The notes beneath the pieces are model-generated. The model searched no databases, was not told where the DNA came from, and was given only the letters and a program-made list of their open reading frames with translations. This document shows, in pieces, positions 46,306-63,010 of a stretch of DNA of 64,000 nucleotides. The stretch lies in contig JAWQFM010000001.1 in NCBI GenBank assembly GCA_033442325.1, positions 3,118,881 to 3,182,880 of the forward strand, read 5' to 3'. Made by a program: the position numbers and the translations under genes. Source of the DNA: Salpingoeca rosetta (taxonomy: Eukaryota > Protista > Choanoflagellata). Each line of letters begins with the position of its first letter. The stretch's first letter is position 1.

Positions 46306-49300
46306 CTCGGTGCCCACACCCAGCACACCCGTGCTTTGTACACAGGCTTCACCTTGCTTCAGCACCGAGAGTGGCTCTCCTTTGAATGTTTGTTTACCCT
46401 CACACTCCCCCCCCACCCACACACACACACACAACCTCATGCATCAACACGTTGCCCTCCTCCCCTCCTCCTTTCCCATGCAACAACATACCGCAATATC
46501 AGAGTGTAATGTGCTGCCGCGCGACAACGACGACGCGCTCATGTCGCATCTGGTGCATCTGCTCAAGGCCTGGCACTGGCAGCGGCTTCTCGCAGTCACA
46601 CCGCAGTGCTCCTACTCGGACCTCAACCCATACCAGCTGGCGCTCACATCCCGCCTGCGCGAGGAGGTGTGTCGACGCAGCAATGCAGCCACGTGTTCTT
46701 GTTTCATCTCAAGGCTCACCAGTATCCAGCCTCACGCGAGGTCTTTCGCCTCGAGTTTTCCGACTCATATCAGCACACATGCGCACAAACATGCGCACAT
46801 ACATGCGCACACACATCAACACACACATACGCACACATACACACATACGCACACACATGCACGCACGCACGCACACACATGCGCTCACACTTCACGCGCC
46901 ATATTGCGTTGTGTAGGGTGTCGAAGTGTTGTTCCGGCAAGACGGGCTGTCCCCCGTGCCCTGCGCGGAGGAATGGCGAGCCAACCACCACATTGGTCTT
47001 CTGTTTGCCACTGGCCACCAAGATGCAGCAGACACCGTCCTCACCACGTATCAGGCTGGCTTCTTCAAGCAAGGGTATGTCAAGATATGCAAGCCGAAGA
47101 TAGGGAGGTGTGTAGGCGAGAGCGAGGGCACGGCTGCCATCGCGGCGACAGCAGGCCAACATCGCTGCAGAACTTCACCTGCGCAACATCACGGCTCACA
47201 GAGTTTGCTTCCCTTCACACACACACACACACACACACGCACACATACACACACAACAGAAATGTGCTGTTGTGGCTGCCGGATCTCGTCCTTGCTGACC
47301 TGAGTGCTGTCATGCAAGATCTCCTGCAGCGGGGCCATAATGACGTGGCGGTGCGTTGCAGATCCCTGCCTGATACAGGCTGCGCAAAACACCCTTGATC
47401 ACGCCCATTGCACGTGTCAACTCCTCAACGTCTCCTGTCTGCACACACACACACCCACACCCACACCCACACTATAGGCTGCACTGGAGGCGAGTGCGCT
47501 GGTACTGACGCCCCATGGAGGCGGGTGGGCTGCGGCGACGCGGCGAATCGAGCACGAGCACCTCGGCATCGCCACATCGGGCATTGTCGACGTCCGCAAC
47601 CACTTTGACGCAAACGTCTTCGACGCTGTCGCCGCGGCCGTGCGCAAACGTCTTCGACGCTGTCGCCGCGGCCGTGCGCACGCGTGCATCGCTGATGCTC
47701 CAACACACCCAGATGATTGCCACGCCCCTGCACCCGCGCCCACTGCTGGGGCAGAGGAGCACAGCTACCGCGCTGTCCATGACGACAGCACACACCAACA
47801 TCCTGCGCGGAGGAACGTACACGCTACAGCGTCACACCCTCCGTGCAGCCATCACAGCAGCCAACGAGGTGCGTGAATGCATGTCCATGAAGAGAGCAAC
47901 ATAAGGCTCTGGCACACGTCTGTTCGAGTGGCTGCCTTCCTCATCACATCGCACATGCACACCAATACACACACACAATAAACATGAAAACACGCACACA
48001 CACACACAATAACACGAGCACACACACAAACACACATACGAACACACGCACAAACACACACACACACACAACCACCTATGTACATGTACTGTTACATTCC
48101 CCACACACAAACATGTCTCACATGCAACCCCACACCTACGCATTCAGACGACGACGGGCCTGGTGTATTACGCCAAGGACATGGGTGTGAGCCCGGTGCC
48201 CGTGTTGCTGTTGCACCCATCCAATCCAGAGATGTTCCCACACTCGCAGTCTCCAGTTGCTTTGGACACCATTTTCGCCTTTGGCAGGTTAGTCTGTGTT
48301 ACTTCGTTTGTACAAGCAAACCGTCGACAGTTGTTGCGCTGCTGGGCGCTGCTGTTGTGGAATATCTTCTCCACGTCTTCATGACACGCAGCACACCAAC
48401 GCATCAGTACACCAGCGCACAAGTAGACCATCACGCCACATTCCACTTCCTCTTTTCACGCGCCCTCCAAACGACCCAAACCACAAGTCAACCCCCAATC
48501 CGTCTCCCTGTTCCCATCACACCGCTCGCCATCTATTCAAACCCACCCCACCCCCGTGCTCATCTCTCGCATCACCATCATCTTTGTTGTCGTCATCACC
48601 ATATCTACAGGAGCAACCCAGCGTACGCCACTGCCTTTGCGCCATTCAACGCACTGCGCACTGCTGCGCTTGAGTTCTTTGCTGCCAGATTCCCCCACAT
48701 CCGCCTCAACCCGCGTGTCACCGACACCTTTGCCGTGCCCTGCGATGAGCAGCTGTATGGCGAGGCACAGCGCGTGCCCGATGCTGTCATCGGCACGGGT
48801 CCAGGCACGTGCATCCCGGAGTTTGGCCGCGTTGTTGCGCGCGACGGTGTACCGCTGCTGGTGCCGGGGCTGCCAAACACGGAGCTGTCAGACAAGGGGA
48901 CGTACCCAACGCTGTTTCGCCTGGGCACCACCACCGCCGTCTACACGCACATCCTGGCGCACATGCTGGAGGACCTGGGCGCGTCGTGCGTCTCCATGGT
49001 CTACAACGCGGACGGCGGCGAGCTTGCAGAGACCTTCTTCGTGCTCGCGCAGGCGGAAGGGCTTGAAGTGCGGCTGCATCTCCCGTTCCACAGCGCCTCG
49101 TCAACCAGCGCCGTCCTGGACAGCATCATCGCCGCAGACTCACAGCACGTCCTAGTCTCTGGGTGCGTATGCCTGCACGCGTGCTGTGTGTGCGTGTGCG
49201 CGTGTGTGAGAGAGAAAAAGCGTGTGTGTGTGTGTGCGATTTTGTGTGTGGTCAGAAGTGCATGTGTGCACGGTTGTTGACTGCAGGTGTTCCGGAAGCG

Positions 49301-51282
49301 CACTGTCCGTCGCACCGTACCCTCTCACCAGCATTGTGCATCGTATAAGCTTAAGCTCACAGTAACAACGTACTAATCTCTCTATTGTACCCTCCACTCA
49401 CATACACACACACACACGCGCACGCACACACACACACACATACACCTTCTACAGGCACGGGGTTGAGGTGATTGATTTACTTGAGGAGGCGCACGGTCGC
49501 GGCATGCTGCAGCCGCCCTGGGTGTGGATCATCGCAGGACCGTCTGTCACCTTCAGCGCGTTTCCGCCGTATGTTGTGGAAGCTCTGGATGGCATCCTGC
49601 TCACGACCACACCAGGCCCGGCCTGCACATCACCCATTGGGAAGGAGTTTCTGGCATTTGAGTCCAGTTCGCAGCACACCACGTTCACGGCGGAAACAGC
49701 CAGCCATGCGTTTTACCTGCAGTTTGTTGATGCCATTAACGCATACGTACACGCCGTGGACGCCACGCGATACACGTTTGGCTTTGAGTTTGACCAGCAG
49801 CGGCGGCGGGCGGCGGTTCTGCAGGGGCTGCGGGCATTCGCACCAGGCAGTCCGCTCCCTGGCATTGGTGATCCGCACGTCCAATTTGACGGGAACCAGG
49901 ACGCATTTGGCACGTTGCAGCCGGCGTTCCTGATCAACAGCACCTTCCACCCGCTGAGCGCCGCTACGATCGACCAGGACTTCACAATCGACGAAGCCGC
50001 GCGGGCCCTGGTGCCCATCCAGTCCGCCTGTCGGGCGCCGGTCACGCTCGCCCCTGTGGGCGACGATGCTGGCACTGGTGGTGGTGGTGGTGGCGCTTCC
50101 ACGCTCAGCAGCGGCCTTGCAGCGCTATATGCCAGCGTACTTGTGCTGGCCGCATTGATCATCGTTGCAACGGGCATGGCAGTGGAGCAGCGGCGACGGG
50201 CGAAGAGGAAAACGGCCATGCGCACGCACGACTTCCGGGCCGAGCTGGAGGAGATGCAGCTCACGCACCGCGGTATTGTGCCGGCAGAACTCAAGCGGCA
50301 GCACATCCAGATTGAGAACAAACTCGGGGAGGGGTTCTTCTCACAGGTGTGGAAGGGAACACTCATGCGCCCACCACAGCACCTCATCCAACGGCAGCGA
50401 CAACAAGCAGGGACAACAGCCACAGCCACAGCACTTGACACACGTGCCATGCGCCATCGCACATCCTTCAGCAGCACCAACACAGGACACCGCCTGCCAC
50501 GCCGGGTGAGCTGGGTACATGGCGGCCCTAACAATGACAACAGCAACCATGATGGCGGTGGTGGCGGCGGTGGCGGCGGTGCGAGTCATATTGGTGATGG
50601 CGATGTGGGCGGAGAGGGTTGGAAGCAGGAACCGCTGGCTGTCTCGCAAACTCCGATTGTCACCGGCGATGAACACTCAGACGGTGGCGATGATTCGGAC
50701 GACAGCAACAGCATCACTTTCAGCTCGAGTGATGGTGACGATGACGATGCCTGGGGCGGTGAGACCTGGGGCGGTGAGACCTGGGGCTGCGACGAGAAAC
50801 ATCACGATGCTGCATACAATGTTGCCGATGATGCTGGTAGTGGAGGTGTTGGTTGTTGTCAACGTGGCAGCTGGCTGAGACGCCTGTTTTCGGCCTTGGC
50901 TGCTTTGGTTTCGAGGTGGCACAACAGGGCGACAGCGATTGGTGACACCGCGCTTCCCGTTGCTGTGAAGATGACGCGGGCATTCCCTGACGGCACGTAC
51001 GACGACACCAACTTGCGGTATGAGGCCGCGTCTCTGGCGCAGTTTCGCCACTGCAAGAACATTGTGCAGCTGCTTGGCGTGGTGACGGCTGGTGACCAGC
51101 CCATGCTGCTTGTGCTGGAGTACTGCGAGCACGGGGCGTTGGATTCGTTCCTGCAGCGCTACACGCTTCGCCGCCAACTCGACTGGGCCACAAAACTCAA
51201 GATGGCCCGCGACATTGCCAGAGGTACACGCGAGTGTGTGTTGTCGTTGGTGGTGGTGGTGTTGTTGTCGTTGCTGTTGTTG

Positions 51283-51323
<41 letters not shown>

Positions 51324-54208
51324 TGTGGTTTTGTGCACCACGTGGCCCAAACACGCGTCATGGGTGCGTGTGCGCACACGTTGATTTGAAGTATCCTCTC
51401 CGTGGCTCCTCCTGTTCATCACATGCTCGAACATACCTCCTCTCTCTGTGTGTAGGCATGCGGGCCATTTCCATTTCCACGGCTGGCGCGTTGCACATGG
51501 ATCTTGCTGCACGCAATGTGCTTGTGAGTGCAGACATGACGTGCAAAGTTTGGATTGTTCAAGGACCACCAGTACTACGAGATGCACCAGGAGAAGATCA
51601 TCCCTGTCCGTTGGACGGCGCCCGAAGTCCTCAACCTCCAGCGGGTGAGCCAACCTGTGTGGCGTGCGGATGTGCGTGTGCAGGGAGGGGTGTCTGCTCT
51701 GTATTCATGTGTACACGCATCAGTGCGTGCATGTGTCTGAAAGTGTGCCTGCGTGTCTGTAAATCAGCTTCTGTGCAGGTGTGTTCACGTGCGATGTTCG
51801 TGTGTTGGTGCACGTGGATGTGTTGGCATGTTATAAGCAGCGCGTACAGTTGCCGTCTCGCGCTTCCCAATCACGTGTTGTATGCGCTCATATGCATTTG
51901 TTGAATGCACCAGTTCTCCACTGCCAGCGACGTTTGGAGCTATGGCATTGTGCTGTTTGAGATTGCGACAAAGTGAGTACACGCCACACATGCCCACCAC
52001 TTCACCGCCTGCACGCATGGCTTTACTGCACACACGGTTGTGGGTGTATTCGCCATTGCATCCCCGCTTTATCCAAGTTCTCCTCGCACAGTACATGCGT
52101 ACCCACACATGCGTACACACAGACGTACACACATACGCTCACACACATCCACACATTCACACATGCACACACGCGCTCGCATACACACACTTGCATACAT
52201 CCACACACTCGCACACATCCACACACTCGCATACACACACACTCACTTGCACACATTCACACATTCACACGCCCATCACATGGTTCTGTTCCATGCGCGA
52301 TAGTGCGTGCGAGAAGCCGTACAGCAGCATGTCCAACACCGCTGTGGTGGAGGCTGTGTCCTCTGGCCATCGCCTGCCCTGCCCTGCGTGCTGTCCTCTC
52401 GAGGTGTACGGACTCATGCTCCAGTGCTGGATGGCGGATCCTCAGGAACGCCCCTCATTTGCCGATATCGCACACACGCTCACGTCCACCATGCGCACAG
52501 TGGCAGCGGGCCGCGAACTGCAGGGAACACTGCACATCACAGGGACGCAGATGGCGCTGGGTGGTCGTGGCAGCCGTGGTAGTTGTGCTGTTGGGAGCGG
52601 TTGTGGTAGCAGTAGTGGGACTGATAGTGTTGGGAGGAACAGCATTGTTTCAGGGCCGCAGAAGAGGGGCAGCGACTCCGCTGCGGTGTCGTGGGATGGG
52701 GGCAGCGGTGCTGATGCTGTTGATGTTGGTGGGGTGATGCATCCAATCCACCCAGCGCAAGCACACGTCCTGCAGCAGCAGCAGCAGCAGCAACTCTTTG
52801 CCATGCAGCAGCGATGCAACAAGAACAACAAGAACAACAAGAGCAACAACAACAGCAGCAGCACCAGACATCGGCAACTCCTGTTGCGCCAGTCATGTGT
52901 GCTGGTCCAAACATTGCTCAACCACAGCAACAGTGTTACGTGCAACATCAGCAGATCTTCTTCCCCTCAGATAACCAACAGCATCAGCAGCAGTACCAGT
53001 ACCAGCAGCGAGCAGACGGCTCGCCACTTGTGCCGCCGAGGGATGTGGTGAATATCATGTCCAAGCTGAAACAGCAGGGCTTTGCAATGCACCGGCACGA
53101 CGCACCGCAGCACTTGCGCCCAACGAGTGTCCCCATGATTGCGCACGTTAGCCACAGCAGCAGCAGCAATCCGAGCACGGGCTACGGCTCCACCTTCGTG
53201 TCTGATGGCGAGTACGCCACCATGCAGGGGCAGCGGACACGCCGTGTCAGCATCAACAACAGCCGCCACGACAGCAAGCGAGGCAGCGTATTGTACGCGC
53301 GCACATCCGTGTCATCAGCTCTGCAGTCACAACAGTGGCACCAGCAGCACCAGCACCAGCAATCGCAGCAACAGCAGCAGCAGCATCCGCAAGCAAGTGT
53401 CGGCCATGCACCGGCGATGGCGATTGCCCCTCAACGCCATGATTTGGGCGCCCGAATTCACATTGATGATATTCCAACGGGTGGTGGTGTCACTGACCAA
53501 GAAGAAGCCTACACGTCACTGCAGCATCTGCCACGCCACGGTGCGTTGCACTTCCAGCAGCAGCATCTGACAACAGCACGCCCTTCCATCGATGCTCGTG
53601 CACCCACAATAACAGCAGCAACACCAACAGTCATGCCAGCAACAGCAACGCTGACACACACATTGCAACATCAGCCAGTTCTAAGTTATCAAGCCTCGCG
53701 TGTGGTTGATCCTGAGCAAGCATCTCGTGCCTTCAAGACACGACTGCCGCGACCATCAGCAGTGCATCGGCTGGCGTCACCACCACCGCCACTGCCCGAA
53801 TCGTTCCCTCGCTCACGCTCACCACCGACAACAACAACAACAAAAACAGCAGCAGCAGCAGGAGCAGCAACAACAGCAACAATAGCAACAACGACAGAAG
53901 CAACACGGGCTGCATTGGGAAGAGAGCGTGTACCTGGTAAAGAGGTGCAGCAGCCACTTCAGCACAAGTGCGCGTCAAGGAATGGCACATCGACGGCACC
54001 CCCTGACTTGCCACATTTTCCCGAACACAACAGTGCACGCCACGAACCAGCACCATCACCCACGGCCTTGCCACATGCAGCTGCCGTCGACCGCGTCTCC
54101 ACCGCATCTTCTGTGTCGACGCCGCGACCTCCAGCCGCATTCGACTTTGCACTGTTTCATTCCAATCTTGCTGCTTCCCTTTCCTTCACCAGCGACAGCG
54201 AGGCCTAG
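45764..54208 (+). pseudogene. Receptor tyrosine kinase with ANF-receptor/Venus-flytrap-like ectodomain; reading frame apparently broken at three sites (pseudogene or assembly errors)
   Basis: It has an N-terminal hydrophobic segment, VFT motifs (LVHLLKAWHWQRLLAV; LSDKGTYPTLFRLG; GMLQPPWVWII; VQFDGNQD) and a TM helix at about 50113-50184. The TK motifs are GEGFFSQV, VAVK, HMDLAARNVLV, PVRWTAPE, SDVWSYGIVLFEI and CWMADPQERPSF. Frame breaks lie at 47609-47676, 51548 and 52812. Confidence 0.75.
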
Positions 54209-54562
54209 ATGCTGCTACTGCTGTTGTTGATCTGTGTATGTACGTGTATGTGCGTGTGTACGTGCGTGTGTGTGCGTGCGTGTGTACGTGCGTGTGCGTG
54301 TGTGTGTGCGTGTGTGTGGCCACGCTTTCAACGATTGCTTGGTGTCAATCAATTATCTATTCGAATAGACTACATGTAAAGAGCAAGAAGAATTCCCGCA
54401 ACGGCTAGAGCACAGCGCATTGGACTGGCCAGCAGCACACGCGAACAAGGGTATCAGTTCAAACAAGGTCAACAAGCCAACCGTGTGTGAGTGTGTGATG
54501 TGCCAGTCATAGGTGCACATTCATCTCAACGTGTCTGCCACACACACCAAGGTCATTCGTTC

Positions 54563-54604
<42 letters not shown>

Positions 54605-54611
54605 GCGTGCG

Positions 54612-57773
<3,162 letters not shown>

Positions 57774-58020
57774 GGCCACTGGTGGTTGCTTCTTGCAACG
57801 GTTGTTTGGTTGTTGGTGTTGGTGGTGGTGGTGGAATGTGATGTGTGACTTGCTGCATGGATGGATGGATGCGTTGGCTTGGATAAGCCGAGCTGGTTGT
57901 AATGTGCGATGAATAGCATGATGTGACACCGAGGGGAGGGCACGCAGACAGAGAGAGGGAGAGAGGTAGCAGGCAGATAGTTGGATACCACGCAGAGAAG
58001 AGAGAAAGGAGAGAGACAGA

Positions 58021-58730
58021 TCATCGGCCCTCGACGCGAAGGCGGTCGAGTGTGCTGTAGCCAATGGACTGCAGCATGTCAAACGTGTCCTGATCCACGG
58101 GGATGGTGTCGTCGGCGTGGATGGCAGAGACCTCGGGCACGTAGTTGTCGCGGCGCTCGCGCTCCTCCTCCTGCAGCTTGATGGAGATGCCGCGCACAGG
58201 GCCCTTCTGCCCTCCCCAAACCAGCAGCAGTGACAGCGGGTGAGACGGGGGTTGCGGGGAGAGGGGGGAAGTGGGCGAAGAGGGGAAGGGGTCACGCGAC
58301 ACATGACATGTATGGGACGGAGAAGGACGACACGAACCAAGCAAGCAAGAAGCAAAGAAACNNNNNNNNNNNNNNNNNNNNNNNNNNNNNNNNNNNNNNN
58401 NNNNNNNNNNNNNNNNNNNNNNNNNNNNNNNNNNNNNNNNNNNNNNNNNNNNNNNNNNNNNNNNNNNNNNNNNNNNNNNNNNNNNNNNNNNNNNNNNNNN
58501 NNNNNNNNNNNNNNNNNNNNNNNNNNNNNNNNNNNNNNNNNNNNNNNNNNNNNNNNNNNNNNNNNNNNNNNNNNNNNNNNNNNNNNNNNNNNNNNNNNNN
58601 NNNNNNNNNNNNNNNNNNNNNNNNNNNNNNNNNNNNNNNNNNNNNNNNNNNNNNNNNNNNNNNNNNNNNNNNNNNNNNNNNNNNNNNNNNNNNNNNNNNN
58701 NNNNNNNNNNNNNNNNNNNNNNNNNNNNNG

Positions 58731-58761
<31 letters not shown>

Positions 58762-59065
58762 GTTTGCAGTGAGTACGTGAAGCAAGTAGTGGACCAAATG
58801 CACACGATTCACTGCAGTGCACGCACACTTGCTTTCTCCCGCACATGCACACGCACACGACGCACACGACGCACACTTCCATCAAACCAAACAGCAATCC
58901 CCCACCCACTCTCTTCAACAAACACATACATACACGCACGCACAATAGCAAAGGCTTTTGACGTACGCGCTTGTTGGTCTCAAAGTCGTTGGTGAGGCGA
59001 GTGTAGTACTTCTCAATCATGACCTTGGCGGCCTTCTTCACCGTCTTCGTGCGCACGCGACCCAT
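58021..59065 (-). CDS. RPS17: 40S ribosomal protein S17 (eS17); middle exon falls in the gap
   Basis: [33 protein letters not shown] ... [27 protein letters not shown]. Confidence 0.97.
58362..58729. other. Assembly gap
   Basis: Run of N. Confidence 1.
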
Positions 59066-59239
59066 CTTGGTTGGCTTGCTTACTTGTCCTCTGCGACTGG
59101 TTGGCTGAGATGTGAGAGAAAATTAGTGGTGTTTTTCACAAGTTGTCTTGCAGCACAGTCCTGCCAAAGTCGGTTTTGCCTTTTCTGCCAAGTCAATTTT
59201 ACCTTCTTCCAGCACAAAAGAAGAAGAAGAAGAAGAAAG

Positions 59240-61929
59240 ATGTTGTTGGAGGTGGAAGCAGGAGAAGTTGTGACGATGACAGAGCGACGTGAGATGATGG
59301 TTGACGAGGAAGATGGCGCGGATGCAACCCCTCTTCGAGCTCTGGATAGCGGTGATGGGGACAGCGACGAAGACTCCGGCGAAGGCAGCTCTGGAGACTC
59401 TGACGACTCAGATGACGGCGAAGAAGAAGAGACAGAGGAAGACGACGAAGGCGAAGAGGTGAGGGTCGAGTGTGAAGAGAGTGTGTGCGTGCATTGTGCA
59501 GGTGTTGTGTGTTTGTGCATCTGCCCGCATGCCCGTGTATGTGTATGTGTGTATGTGTGTATGTGTATGTGTGTGTGTGCGTTTGCTGGTTTTGTTTGTG
59601 GACGTGGCCGAATGGCGCTGTGTTCAGCAAGAGAGATTCTGCTCTAGTTTCATGTATTCACTCGAAGTGCTTTGCGTGCGTGCGCGTGTTGTTGTTGTTG
59701 TCGTTGTTTGTCTCACTTGTAAATGGCGTCTCCTCGATAGGATGACAGCGATGACGACGAAGACGACGACGACGAAGATGATGATGATGATGATGACGAT
59801 GATGACGATGATGAGGAAGAGGAAGAGGAGGAAGAGGTCAGTAATTCGTGCTTCAGGTGAACTAGCCTTGCTTGAACGGGCAGGGGAGGAGTTACGGCTG
59901 TGTGTGTGTGTGTATGTTGTGTGTTCTCCGTTGCTTTTGTTGTTCCGAATGATGTTTCTGTTGTGGCATGAGCACACGCGTACTGGTGCAGTGGTGATCT
60001 CACCCTCTGCTTTTTTGCACGCGCGCGCGTGTGTGTGCCTTGTATTTTTCAACAGGAGCTTCCCAGGCTCACTTTCTACAAGCTTGGTGCTGATGTGCCA
60101 ACCATCCTCAATGATCGCGTGGCGACATGCTTTGCCGTGTCCTCAAAGGTACAGCTATTGTCGTGCGAAGGAGTGTGTGTGTGTGTTTGGTTGTGTTTGT
60201 TTGCGTGAGATTGTGAGTGTGAGTGGGAGTGTGTTTGTTTGTGTTTGTGTGTGTGCTAGTGTGTGCTAGTGTGCTAGTGTGTGCTAGTATGTGTGCTGTG
60301 TGTGTGCTGTGTGCGAGTGTGTGCGAGTGCGCGCGCGACGTCGTGAGGGGGAAAGACATGGATGTCGACTTGTGGCCGCAACTGACCCGCGTGGCGACCG
60401 CCTCCTGCGCCCATCCACTTGCGTGGCAGTTTGCTATTCTGGGGACAGACCTCGGCTCTATTCACATCCTGGACGCAATGAACGGGACAGAAGTGCAACG
60501 GTACACTCAGGTGAGCCACCAACTCTTTGCCAAGTGCATGTAGGCCCATGATGCGTGGGTGTCGTCGCGTTATTGTGCTGCGCATTGACTGGCATGTCAC
60601 CACCTGTGTTGTATTGACCATGTCCATCGTCCCCGCCCCCTGCGTCCCTCGCTCACTCGATGCCCGCACCTGCTCCTCGACTTCCCATCACAATCCACCC
60701 CTTTCTTCATCAGCACTCGGAACGCGTGACCGACATCTCCATCGACCGATACGGCGACTTTGTTGCAACCGGTGCTGACGACGGCAAGGTGTGTGTGTGT
60801 GTGGGGGGGGGGGGGGTTAGGTGGGTATGTGTGTGTGAGTGTGGGTATGTGTGTGCATGTATGTGTGTATGTGTGTATGTATGTGTGCAAGTGTGTGTGT
60901 GTGTGTGTGTTGTGTTGTGTTGTGTGTGCATGGGGAAAGGGGGTTGGCGTCTTCACATGCACGCATTTTCATGTGTGCGTTTGAATGAGCTGTCAGTGCT
61001 GCTCCGTGTCCAGCACCTTCACTTACGCTGCCGCGTCTTTGCGTGCTGCACGGGTGCATTTCCGACTGCAGGTCATCATCCGCAACTTGTACGACGCCAA
61101 AGCCGTTCTCTCCTTTTCCTTCGACCGCCCCATTCGCGTACGCTCTTGTGTGCACGTGTGGCCTTGTGCACGCATGTGCTCATAAACGTGCGGGGTTGTG
61201 CGAGTATGTGAATGTGTGTGTGCATGGTATTGTGCACACATGTGCATGCACAGGAGCGCTTGCATACTTGTGCGTGCCATTCCGGTTGCAGCCATGCATA
61301 CGTCTTGTTCGCTGTCTGCCGCCCCCCTTCACCATTCACTCTTTGCTTTGGCATTGCTACAGTCTGTGGCAATTGATCCAGAGTACCCAAAGAAGAAGAA
61401 AAACATGTTCATCACTGGTGTGTGCACACTCTTGTTGTGGCTGTAGTCGTTGGTGGGATTGTATGTGCGCATGCGTGCGAGCGTGCGAGCGTGTGTGTGT
61501 ATGTGCATGTGTATGTGTGCGTGTACGTGTGCGTGTGCGTGTGCGTGCGTTGGTTGCGCTGTACACGCAGCACCTTCCTTGTGCGTGCTGTTCTCGAGCT
61601 TGCCTGCTGCTCTTGCCATTGGTTGTTGTCATTGTCACTCATCTCTGCCCCTGCCCCTCCCAACAACAATTGGTGTGAATGCATGTTGCGTTCCGTCCCA
61701 TGTCCACGCAATCAGGTGGCAAGGCCGGACAGCTGCTGTTGCATGTCGACAAGTCATTTGCATTCTTTTCTCGCACAAACGCCACTGTGGTAAGCAGATC
61801 GAAGCGTTGTGTCAGGTGTATGTGGTGTGTGTGTGTGTGTGCGTGTGTGTGTGTGTGCCCGATGAATGTCTGATCGCGCTTGACTGCTGGTTTTGTGCGA
61901 CACCGTTCTCTTAATGTCTTCATTCATAC

Positions 61930-61964
<35 letters not shown>

Positions 61965-62978
61965 CATACAAACACACGCACTCACAACAACCCTCCTTGC
62001 CCCTCCTTTACCCGCTCTCGACAGCTGCACAGCGGAGAAGGGTGCGTGTCGATTGTTCGCTGGCGCGGGCCTTATGTCGCCTGGGCAAACGACATTGGCG
62101 TGAAGCTCTATGACACCACGCTGAATCAGCGCATTGCGTCCGTTGACCGCCCACAGAACAGGTGAATACTGACGCAGTCACGGCCATAGGGGGTGGTGAT
62201 GACATGCAGGCAACCAAGCTGGCTTTACCGCCCACACATTTGGCCCTCCATTACATTGTACGTGATGCGATACTCTGCGTTGTGCTCACCATGACACCAC
62301 GACCACCACAACCACAACCACCACAACCACCACGACCACGACCACAAATCATGGTCAGCCCATCTGCTGAAGAGTATCAGTGCCGGCTGTCGTGGAAGGA
62401 TGACAAGACGCTTCTCATGGGCTGGGCGGACCACATTGCCGTCAGTCAGCACCGTGCTTTGTTCGCTTGCTCGCTTGATTGAATGTTTACACGAAACAAC
62501 CACGCAGAGCACTTGCACCACCTGTGTCTGTGTGTGTGTGTGTGTGTCTGTGAATGTGCTTCGCTGCGCTCAATGCGTGGTGTGTGTATGTATGTGTGCA
62601 TGTGTGCATGTCTCTCACGAGTCCTCCTTGCACGTGTGTGCGTGTGCCCGTGTTTCAGGTTGGAGAAATTCGCCAGCGGGCCGAGCCAGCCGGGCCTGGC
62701 GAACCAAATGTGTATGTACATGCGTGAGGGTAGGGCACCAGCGTGTGCTAGTGCGCTTCCATGCACCAGCGTGTGCTTGTGTTCATGTCTCTACGACGAC
62801 GTGGTTCTCGCTTGATTGTTGTCCTCGACTGGCAGCTCACTCTGCTTCCTCTTTCTCTTGCTTGGTGCAATTGGCACACGTTTACGCATATGGTGTGTGT
62901 ATTGTGTGTGTGTGTTTGTTTGTGTGTGTGTGTGTGTGTTTGTTTGTGTTTGTGTGTGTGTTTGTTTGTTTGTTTGTT

Positions 62979-63010
<32 letters not shown>

